Positions 1 through 7,558 of a DNA stretch of 35,263 nt are shown here, piece by piece. Each line of letters starts with the position of its first letter. Position 1 is the first letter of the stretch. Location of the stretch: assembly GCA_049515615.1 (NCBI GenBank), contig JBEKTX010000003.1, positions 1 to 35,263 on the forward strand, written 5' to 3'. A model generated the notes under the pieces. It searched no databases. It was not told the DNA's origin and saw nothing but the letters and a program-made list of their open reading frames with translations. Both the position numbers and the translations under genes were made by a program. Origin of the DNA: Spirochaetia bacterium (GTDB lineage: Bacteria > Spirochaetota > Spirochaetia > SZUA-6 > Fen-1364).

Positions 1-250
1 GCCTCGCCAAGAGCGCTCCAAGCGCGGCCAGCCTCGACGGCAGGCAGCCGGGAGGAGTACAGTAATGCTCAGGAACCCACCGGAAGGGCACCCTGGCGGG
101 TATACGCCCTTATTTCACAATGTGCGGCCACTCATGGCAGAACTCTGCGGGCCTCAGGGGGAGACGGAACGGTCAGCGGGCGGTGTTGAAAGGACCGACT
201 GGCACATGATTCGATTCGGCGGTATTCTTTGCAAGCCAAGGAGCAGGCCC

Positions 251-1252
251 ATGAGACGCGTCCCGGCAATCCTCATCGTGATCTTCCTCGCGGCTCCGCT
301 TCTCTTCGCCTCGTTTGTCGCTATCTCCCTTGGCAGCTGGACCCTGGACCGGCAGTTCTTCCTCTCTCTGGTCGATGACACAAGGCTGTTCCAGATGCCG
401 GACGCTGTCAGCTCGGCATCCTGGTCGGGAGCAGTCATCGAGGACACCGGCGGCCTCCAGTGGCGGTCGGTCGGAAGGGCGGCGAAGGCAGTTCTGACCC
501 CCGATTACCTTCGCGGCCAGATGCTGAGCGTCGTGAACCAGGTCTTCGACTACTTCGACGGCAGGAGAGGGCGCTTCGACATCTCGATCGACACGACTCC
601 TGTAAAGACTGCGCTTCGAGGCGATGCCGGCAGAAGTTTCGCACGGCTCCTGGCGGAAGACCTTCCCGTGGGCGGCAGTGCGGACCAATTCAGCGTGGGG
701 CCGGGACGACTTCCCGTGTCCCGCCCATCCTCGCTGTCGGTGGACCGGGCTGCGGCGATCATCCTCGCGGGTCTGCCGAAGCTCGTGAGCTCGATCCCGG
801 ATGCCGTTCGGCTCGGCGACGGTGCCTGGGAAGGCCCGCCCGGCCTTCACCTCTCCGGCGCGTTCATTGCCGGCAGCATCATCCTCCTGCTGATCGCAGG
901 AGGCTTCCTGACCGCGGCGGCGTTCGTCGGCGGGGAGTCGCGGTTCGAGCGTCTGCAATGGTTCGGGTGGTCACTTCTCGCGCCGGCGGCCGTTGTGCTC
1001 GTGATGGGACTCCTGGTCATCCTGACCTTCTTCGCCCCATGGGTCCGGTGGGGAATAGAGAACGCGCGCCTGCAGGTCCGCGGCTTCAGCCCGTCGTTCA
1101 TCGCCGCGCTCATCGACATGGTGCGGCACATCGTCTTCCGCCTGGGAATCGGGTTTCTTGCCACGGGGGGCATCGGGGCAGGAATCTCACTCGGGCTTCT
1201 GGCCTGGAGCTGGTCCATTCCGCGCGACGGAATGAAAGGAGTGACGACATGA
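251..1252 (+). CDS. Hypothetical integral membrane protein (N-terminal TM, large soluble domain, ~3 C-terminal TMs)
   Basis: ORF 65..1252, restarted at ATG 251 after an AAGGAG RBS. Hydrophobic segments at both ends. Stop overlaps the next start (ATGA). Confidence 0.7.
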   Translation: MRRVPAILIVIFLAAPLLFASFVAISLGSWTLDRQFFLSLVDDTRLFQMPDAVSSASWSGAVIEDTGGLQWRSVGRAAKAVLTPDYLRGQMLSVVNQVFDYFDGRRGRFDISIDTTPVKTALRGDAGRSFARLLAEDLPVGGSADQFSVGPGRLPVSRPSSLSVDRAAAIILAGLPKLVSSIPDAVRLGDGAWEGPPGLHLSGAFIAGSIILLLIAGGFLTAAAFVGGESRFERLQWFGWSLLAPAAVVLVMGLLVILTFFAPWVRWGIENARLQVRGFSPSFIAALIDMVRHIVFRLGIGFLATGGIGAGISLGLLAWSWSIPRDGMKGVTT

Positions 1253-1647
1253 AAACTGATTCAATCAAGGTGTCGGCCGTGATACCGGCCGATCCGAAGG
1301 CCGTCTACGACGCGTGGATGAGCAGCAAGGGCCACGCGGCAATGACCGGCAGCGGGGCAAAAATCACCGCGCGTGTCGGGGGAACATACAGCGCCTGGGA
1401 CGGCTACATCTCGGGAAAGACACTGGAGCTCGAACCCGGCTCGCGGATTCTGCAGTCCTGGCGCACCACGGAGTTCGGCGAGGCGGATCCGGACTCGAGC
1501 CTCGAAGTCCTCCTCCAGAAGGCGAAGGGGGGCACGAAGGTGACGCTCGTGCACAAGAATATCCCCGCGGGACAGGGCGAGGAATACCGCAAGGGCTGGC
1601 TTGATTTCTATTTCAAGCCTATGAAGGAATACTTCGGCTCGAAGTAA
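1249..1647 (+). CDS. SRPBCC/AHSA1-family (activator of Hsp90 ATPase-like) protein
   Basis: C-terminal 132 aa of ORF 460..1647, with AAGGAG RBS and ATGA overlap. Motifs PKAVYDAW, VGGTYSAWDG, RILQSWR and GWLDFYF are typical of AHSA1-like proteins. Confidence 0.85.
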   Translation: MKTDSIKVSAVIPADPKAVYDAWMSSKGHAAMTGSGAKITARVGGTYSAWDGYISGKTLELEPGSRILQSWRTTEFGEADPDSSLEVLLQKAKGGTKVTLVHKNIPAGQGEEYRKGWLDFYFKPMKEYFGSK

Positions 1648-1654
1648 ATGCGAT

Positions 1655-2351
1655 CTAGAAGCCTTCCGCTTTTCCCGCGCTGCCGAAAAGCTCCAGGTAG
1701 CCCTGCGTAACACGCTTGACCGCCTGCCGGCATGCGATCATCACGTCGTTCGGAAGCCCTGAGCCGATGACCTCGTACGGGTTGTACCCCGGCCCGGCGT
1801 CCGCAAGGGCAGCGCGCATCGATTCGATGGCGGCGCTCTTCAGGGCGCTTCCCACGTTGATCTTCCGCACGCCCCTGCGGATCGCCTCCCGAAGGTCGTC
1901 CCGCGAGACGGAGGTGGGCCTGGCCGACGCTGACCGCAATCGCATCGATTCCGGTCTCCTGCACGAACCGTCGGGCGCTTTCGGCATCTGTCATGTGCCG
2001 CTCCCCGGGCGCCGAGAGCAGAAGGGAGTGCGGCTCTCCCTCGACGGCCACCGAGGCCGCATGGGCGATGCGGCAGACCTTCCTCGTTGCATCCACCAGC
2101 TCGTCGCCGCCTATCTCCTCGTCGGCAAACATCACCATCCCGAAACCGCGCTGCACCGCCTCCACGACCCACTCGTAGCTCGGGGACTCGTTGAAGAGCA
2201 GGCACGCGGGGACAGAGATCCTGTCGCAGACGGCCTCCGCGGCATCCGCCACGGCGAGAAGGGATTCCATGTTCCAGCTCTCGAAGTAGCCCGCTGCATA
2301 TCCGCGCCGTTCCGCATCATCCATCATGCGGGTGAATGAAATCCTCGGCAT
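1655..2351 (-). pseudogene. Class II fructose/tagatose-bisphosphate aldolase family pseudogene (frameshift plus internal deletions)
   Basis: N-terminal part (GYAAGYFESWNMESLLAVADAAE...VAVEGE...FVQETGIDAIAVSVGQAH) is in the frame of ORF 1608..2534. C-terminal part (AIRRGVRKINVGSAL...FGSAGKA) is in the frame of ORF 1655..1987. The usual LVLHG motif is missing at the junction near 1910-1918. Confidence 0.8.
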
Positions 2352-2488
2352 CGAACGGCACGCTACCATGCGCATGACGCCCTGTTCAACGACTCGGAGG
2401 CAAATGGAATGACAACGCTGCGTGCCTGATGCCAGGCGGATCGCCGGCGAGGTGCAGGAGCTGATGAGGATATCGTAGCCAGAGACAC

Positions 2489-3193
2489 TCAGGACGCAGG
2501 CCGCGCACTTCGGCTGATCTGGTACAGCTTCCAACCGACAACGAGAATCCAGGCCAGGAGCAGGAGCCCGTAGAGGCTGTACGCGAATCCGATCATCGGC
2601 CTGAGAGCTTCAAAGACCATTCCTACGGCACCCGTCGCGATCCCAAGATATGCAACGCCCTTGCGGAAGACTCCTTTCAGCATGACCAGCGAGAGGATCA
2701 GGATGCCGAGTGCGGTCAATATGCCGGCTGACGCGACGGCGTTTGCCCCCGCGATGAAGCCTTCTGCGGCCGTGGAAAGCGCGAGCCGCTGGGCTTCAGT
2801 GGCTGCCGCCGCGTATTGATCGCTGAGATACACCAGCGGGCCATTCAGTGACGGCGGACTGGCGTTCAGCGCAAGGGCAAGAACTTCTGAAACACAGCCG
2901 AGCAACGCGCCGATCGAAGCGAGGCTCTTGTTGAGGTCTTTCAGAGCGACGGAAAGCGAGAGGAAAACCACGAGCGCGGGGACGCTCAACCCGACAAAGC
3001 AGACGAGCTCAACGAGGTAGACCGCCTTTCTCGAGGCAATGTATTCCAGTACGGGCGCTCCACCTGAGCCAGGAGGCTGCGGGAAGGCGAACACGAGAGT
3101 GAGCGGCACAATGATCATGATGGCATACAGCAGCGCCGATGCTCCCCCAATCGCATACAGCAGCTTCCAGGATGGGTCCGGACCGGCTTTCAT
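2489..3193 (-). CDS. Multi-pass membrane protein, DUF4386-like
   Basis: About 6 hydrophobic helices. ATG 3193 has a GAGGAG RBS and overlaps the kinase stop (ATGA). Family assignment is by resemblance only. Confidence 0.65.
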   Translation of the reverse strand: MKAGPDPSWKLLYAIGGASALLYAIMIIVPLTLVFAFPQPPGSGGAPVLEYIASRKAVYLVELVCFVGLSVPALVVFLSLSVALKDLNKSLASIGALLGCVSEVLALALNASPPSLNGPLVYLSDQYAAAATEAQRLALSTAAEGFIAGANAVASAGILTALGILILSLVMLKGVFRKGVAYLGIATGAVGMVFEALRPMIGFAYSLYGLLLLAWILVVGWKLYQISRSARPAS

Positions 3194-4803
3194 GGACTCC
3201 TCACTCCTTTTTCCGAGACGGGCAAGCGCACCTCGAAGCACGCCCCGGTCCCGCTGCGTTCCGACACGGCCACCGTTCCCCCGTGGCTCTCGGCGATGGC
3301 CTTCACGATGGAGAGGCCGAGGCCGGCGTGCGCGCCTTTCTTCTCATGGGGCCGGAAGCTGAAGAACCGGTCGAAGATGCGCTCCCGGTGCTCGCGTGGA
3401 ATGCCCGGCCCATCATCGCCAACCCTGAGAACGGCAAACCCGCCGTCCTTTGCGACCGAGACCCGCACCACGCCTCCGGGCGGGGAAAAACCGGCGGCAT
3501 TGTCCACGAGGTTTTCCACCACCTGCTCGAGGCGCCCGGGCGGAAGCCACGCGATCGCTCCCTCCCCGTCGACGACGAAGGTCACACGGTTCCCGTTTGA
3601 GCGCCGCCGCGCCGCGCTCACCACGCGAACGGCGATCTCCTTCACGTCCACGGCGGCGTCCCCTTCCTCGCCGGCCGCGCCGCTGTCGATCCGCGAAATC
3701 TCCCGCACCCCGGTGAGCAGACGTTCCATCCTGCTCACGTCCTCCAGGACCATGGAGAGCATGGCGCGGCGCTCCTCGGGATCACGGCTGGAGTTCGCGA
3801 TCTCCGCAGCGCTCCTGATCGAGGCGAGCGGATTCTTGAACTCGTGCGACACGTCGGAGGCAAACGATTCCATCTGCCCGACGTGGCGCTTCAGCCTTGC
3901 CGTCAGCTCGCCGAGGCTGCGGGAGAGCTCTCCCACTTCGTCACGAGCGCGCGATGCGACGATCCCTCCGAGCAGGCGGCCGCGCGGATCAAGGATGGCA
4001 TGCGCCTGGTCGCGGAGCCGACGGATGGGCACGGTGATCGTGGCCGAGACGAGGAGGCTCAGCACGATGGCCGTCACCACGGACCAGAGGAAGAGTCGGA
4101 AGATGTCCAGGCGCAGCGCGTACAGGTCGCTCAGCATGCGGTACGTGGACTGTGAGACCAGCACGACCCCCGCGAGCCTTCCCTGGTCCGGAATCGGGAT
4201 CGCGCTGTAGAGGGTGAGTGACTGCTGTCCGGCCGTCACGCGGGTCGCCGCGCCATACTGGCCCGCCAGGGCATCCTGGATCTCCGGCCCGTCGAGCAGC
4301 TTCGCGCCCGCATAGTACTCATCGGACTCCGTCGGAGGCTGGGGGGGATGGAGGTACTTTCTCCACAGCCTGATGGGAAAAGAGGCCAGCCGGTAGAGGA
4401 AGGTCTCCTGCGCCGTGCGTGTCGACGGCACATCCGCGGGCGCCTGCCTCGGGGCCTGGTCGGCAGCCGCGTTCTCGGCAGAGGCGTCAACGGGAACGAT
4501 GCTGGCGGAATCCGCGAGCAGGACGCCGCCGACATCGACCACGCGGAGCCTCGCATCGTGGCGCTGGCGCATGTGCCGCAGCACCCGCAGGGAGTTTTCC
4601 CGCAGACGGGGCCCCGAATCCTCCAGCGCGGCCGCCAGGACGCGTCCCTGCTGCACGAGTGAACGCTCAAGACTCCTGAGAAGCTGCCGCTCGTAGGTGC
4701 CCAGCGAGAGCAGTCCGACGATCGGCACGAACACGATGAGCACGTTGAAGGCAAGCACCCGGACCCACATCCGGGAAAGGACGGTCCGCGCCGTTCCGCG
4801 CAC
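3190..4803 (-). CDS. Sensor histidine kinase, ChvG/ExoS-like (2 TM, HAMP, HisKA, HATPase)
   Basis: H-box DVSHEFKNPLASIRS, N-box ENLVDNA, G-boxes DDGPGIP, IFDRF and GLGLSIV. The N-terminus (RVLAFNV...SLVQQGRVLAAAL) resembles ChvG. Confidence 0.9.
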   Translation of the reverse strand: MRGTARTVLSRMWVRVLAFNVLIVFVPIVGLLSLGTYERQLLRSLERSLVQQGRVLAAALEDSGPRLRENSLRVLRHMRQRHDARLRVVDVGGVLLADSASIVPVDASAENAAADQAPRQAPADVPSTRTAQETFLYRLASFPIRLWRKYLHPPQPPTESDEYYAGAKLLDGPEIQDALAGQYGAATRVTAGQQSLTLYSAIPIPDQGRLAGVVLVSQSTYRMLSDLYALRLDIFRLFLWSVVTAIVLSLLVSATITVPIRRLRDQAHAILDPRGRLLGGIVASRARDEVGELSRSLGELTARLKRHVGQMESFASDVSHEFKNPLASIRSAAEIANSSRDPEERRAMLSMVLEDVSRMERLLTGVREISRIDSGAAGEEGDAAVDVKEIAVRVVSAARRRSNGNRVTFVVDGEGAIAWLPPGRLEQVVENLVDNAAGFSPPGGVVRVSVAKDGGFAVLRVGDDGPGIPREHRERIFDRFFSFRPHEKKGAHAGLGLSIVKAIAESHGGTVAVSERSGTGACFEVRLPVSEKGVRSP

Positions 4804-4806
4804 CGC

Positions 4807-5526
4807 TCACTCTCCCCGCAGCCGGTAGCCCAGCCCGTAGAGGGTTTCGATGCCGTCGAACCCCTCTTCCAGCTCCTCGAGCTTTCCACGAATGCGGCGG
4901 ATGTGGCAGTCGATGGTGCGGTCGCTCATGTACGAGTCGTGGGGGAAGGCTTCCGCGAGGAGCTGCTCACGCGTGCGTACGTAGCCGGGCTGCCGGGCAA
5001 GCGCGTGCAGGATCCGAAACTCCGTCACCGTGAGCCGAACGGCCGTCTCGTTCCACGCGGCAGTGAACCGGCGCGTATCCAGGGAAAGCGGTCCGACCCT
5101 GAGAGTGTCGCCGTTTGATTCTTCCCGCCCGGACTCCGCGGCCCGAGGGCCGGCGCGCCGGAAGAGCACCTTCACTCGTGCCGTCAGCTCGCGGAGCGAA
5201 AAGGGTTTGCACAGGTAGTCATCCGCCCCGAGCTCCAGCCCGAGCACCCTGTCGAACTCCTCGTCCCGGGAGGTCAGGAACATGACGGGCAACGAGTCCG
5301 ACGAAGCGCGCAGTCGCCGGCACAGCTCCAGCCCGTCCATGCGCGGCATGATGATGTCCAGGATCACCAGGTCGGGCATCGCCGAGGAGAACGATTCCCA
5401 GGCGTCAGCGCCGTCAGCGTGCACGGCGGTGCGGTATCCCTCCGCGCGAAGAGCGCGGGAGACGGTTTCGCGGAGGTGCTCCTCGTCGTCGACGATCGCC
5501 ACGAGGGGCGGAAGTGGTTGGCTCAC
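4807..5526 (-). CDS. OmpR-family response regulator, ChvI-like
   Basis: Receiver motifs IVDD, LDIIMPRMDG and GADDYLCKPFS. The winged-helix segment LTVTEFRILHALARQPG...DRTIDCHIRRIR...IETLYGLGYR closely follows ChvI. Confidence 0.92.
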   Translation of the reverse strand: MSQPLPPLVAIVDDEEHLRETVSRALRAEGYRTAVHADGADAWESFSSAMPDLVILDIIMPRMDGLELCRRLRASSDSLPVMFLTSRDEEFDRVLGLELGADDYLCKPFSLRELTARVKVLFRRAGPRAAESGREESNGDTLRVGPLSLDTRRFTAAWNETAVRLTVTEFRILHALARQPGYVRTREQLLAEAFPHDSYMSDRTIDCHIRRIRGKLEELEEGFDGIETLYGLGYRLRGE

Positions 5527-5532
5527 ATTTCG

Positions 5533-5541
5533 ATTGTATCA
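5533..5541 (-). promoter_or_regulatory. Extended -10 promoter (TG-a-TACAAT), probably leaderless, for the response regulator
   Basis: Minus strand reads TGaTACAAT, then 6 nt, then the GTG at 5526. No Shine-Dalgarno. Confidence 0.55.
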
Positions 5542-5564
5542 CGCGTCGGTCTGCACTGAGAACG

Positions 5565-5597
5565 GCAAAGGGGCTGCAATAATTCCGCAACAATCCT
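5565..5597. promoter_or_regulatory. 11-bp-phased GCAA direct repeats; candidate OmpR-family binding site
   Basis: GCAA starts at 5565, 5576 and 5587 (GCAAAGGGGCT/GCAATAATTCC/GCAACAATCCT) in the divergent intergenic region. Confidence 0.4.
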
Positions 5598-5672
5598 CAC
5601 AGAAAAAGACATGATTTCGCCACCCTCGCGCTCCCCCGGCTTTCTAACCTAAGGGTCACGAGAGGACATGCC

Positions 5673-5858
5673 ATGCACTCCACGGAAGGTCTTCAGCGCG
5701 GGCCGACGCGGCGCGCGCGAATCTGGCGCTTCGTGGTCGTCACCCTGCTCATCGCCGCGATCGGGGAGCCGATCGTCATGTACCTCACGCTGGTCCGGGA
5801 AAAGGAGAAGCGGCGGGCCGCCGCGGAAATCACTCTGGAGAGGAACGCCGTCCGGTGA
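5673..5858 (+). CDS. Small single-TM membrane protein (61 aa)
   Basis: GAGAGGA RBS-like sequence upstream, hydrophobic stretch IWRFVVVTLLIAAIGEPIVMYLTLV, and a stop overlapping the next GTG (GTGA coupling). Confidence 0.55.
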   Translation: MHSTEGLQRGPTRRARIWRFVVVTLLIAAIGEPIVMYLTLVREKEKRRAAAEITLERNAVR

Positions 5859-6904
5859 TTCCCTGGCTCGGTGAGCTGCTCCTTCCCCTGTTCGGCCCGT
5901 TCCGTCTCCTGGAGTCCCGGGTCTTCCTCATCGGCGTGGGCTCGAGCGCGGCGGCGCTCCTCACATGGCGCCTGCTCCCGCGGCTCTGGCATATGCTCCC
6001 GACCGACCAGGTCAGGTCGCATGCCGTGGGCGCGCAGGAAAGCGCGGGCAAGCCGGTCGGCGCCGGACTGATCTTCACTTCGTTGTACGTCCTGATATGC
6101 CTGCTCTCTGTCCCCTTCAGCCTTCGCGTGGCGGAGCTCCTCGCGTGCGTCATGCTTGCCACGGCAGAGGGTTTCCTTGATGACCGGACGAGGGGAGGGT
6201 GGCCGGAGTACCGGCTTGCCGTCGCGGATTTCGGCATCTCGCTCCTCGGCGCAATGGCGCTGAGCCAGCTCCGCCCGGTCCAGGTGTGGCTTCCCGTGGT
6301 GAAAGCGCCCTTCATGGTATCGCCCTGGATCTGGATTCCCGCGGCTACCGCCTTGATCTGGCTCACGATCAACGCCACCAACTGCACCGACGGCGTGGAC
6401 GGGCTTTCAGGAAGTCTCGCCCTGATCGCGCTGTTCTACCTCGGGGTCATCCTCTACGCCATCGTCGGCAATCCCGACGTCGCGCGCTATCTCCAGCTTC
6501 CGCATTCGGCCGACGCGGTCACCTATGCGATGCTCAGTTTCCCGATGGCCGGCTGCCTGGCCGGTTATCTCTGGTTCAATGCGCACCCCAGCGCGGTTCT
6601 CATGGGCGATGCCGGCTCGCGGCCGATCGGCTTCCTGCTGGGCACGCTCGTCCTTGCGACGGGCAACCCGGTCCTCATCCTGGTCGTCGCCGGGGTCGTC
6701 CTGGCCAATGGCGCGACGGGACTTCTGAAAGTGAGCCTCCTGCGTTTTTTCAATGTCGGAATCTTCCGCGGAGTTCGCTATCCGCTGCACGACCATGCAA
6801 GGCAGAACCTCGGGTGGTCGAACAGTCAGGTGCTCCTGCGCTTCGTCCTGCTCCAGGCGATCGGCACGCCCTTGCTCCTCCTGCTGGTATTGAAGATCCG
6901 CTGA
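5855..6904 (+). CDS. mraY: MraY-like phospho-N-acetylmuramoyl-pentapeptide transferase (polyprenyl-phosphate sugar-1-P transferase family)
   Basis: Motifs GFLDD, NATNCTDGVDGL, LWFNAHPSAVLMGDAGS and PLHDH match MraY signatures (DD, NxTDGxDGL, MGDxGS, PxHHH-like). About 10 TMs. Confidence 0.85.
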   Translation: MIPWLGELLLPLFGPFRLLESRVFLIGVGSSAAALLTWRLLPRLWHMLPTDQVRSHAVGAQESAGKPVGAGLIFTSLYVLICLLSVPFSLRVAELLACVMLATAEGFLDDRTRGGWPEYRLAVADFGISLLGAMALSQLRPVQVWLPVVKAPFMVSPWIWIPAATALIWLTINATNCTDGVDGLSGSLALIALFYLGVILYAIVGNPDVARYLQLPHSADAVTYAMLSFPMAGCLAGYLWFNAHPSAVLMGDAGSRPIGFLLGTLVLATGNPVLILVVAGVVLANGATGLLKVSLLRFFNVGIFRGVRYPLHDHARQNLGWSNSQVLLRFVLLQAIGTPLLLLLVLKIR

Positions 6905-6925
6905 AGTCGGTATACAACGGACCCG

Positions 6926-7558
6926 ATGCCCATCACACGGCCTTTTTCCCTCTACCTGCGCTCGAGGTTTCACCTCACCCTCGCGCTCGCAGCGGGCGCC
7001 CTCGTCGTCCTCTCCATCGTCTTCCTGCGCCCGCACCTCCTTGTGCCGATCGCGGTGATCGTGGTTGCCTATGCGGTCCTGACCGTCGCCCTGTTCTTCT
7101 CCCGCAGGGGAGCGAAGGAAGTTGTCGCGGAGAACGAGGAGGACAGGCTGAAGAAGGTCCGGGAGAAAATCTCCCGGTACGCGTCGCTTCGGGAGCGGAT
7201 ATCGGTGCTGAGGCTGGGAGACGAGCGGATGAGCCGGGCGGTCGAGCTTTTCCTCCAGGAGTCCGGCTCGTACCTGGACAAGTGCCGTGAGCTGGATGCG
7301 TATTCGCCGCTGGCCAACGAACGGATCGATCGCGTCCTGGAGATCTGCCAGGTGTTCCTCGGGGAGCTGGATGAAAGCGCGACAGGCCGCAGGTATGGGC
7401 TGCCCGGCTCAGGCCAGGAGGCGGCCCCCGCGGAGAAGTTCGCAGGCGATATCGTGGAGTGCGCGGCCGTCGTCCGGCAGCGCACCACTGAGGACCTGCT
7501 CGGAATGAGCGGAGAAGAGCGTCTCTCGATCATGAAGGAACTGGAAGAGAAGAAATGA
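6926..7558 (+). CDS. Hypothetical protein with two N-terminal TMs and a charged helical C-terminal domain
   Basis: Clean 210-aa ORF with two hydrophobic helices. ATGA overlap with the next gene. Confidence 0.75.
   Translation: MPITRPFSLYLRSRFHLTLALAAGALVVLSIVFLRPHLLVPIAVIVVAYAVLTVALFFSRRGAKEVVAENEEDRLKKVREKISRYASLRERISVLRLGDERMSRAVELFLQESGSYLDKCRELDAYSPLANERIDRVLEICQVFLGELDESATGRRYGLPGSGQEAAPAEKFAGDIVECAAVVRQRTTEDLLGMSGEERLSIMKELEEKK

Noticed and set aside
60-230. Possible riboswitch or ncRNA upstream of the first gene (hairpin AAGGGC...GCCCTT near 84-111)
   Set aside because: Only a modest hairpin, and I cannot match it to a known family. An Rfam search would be needed.
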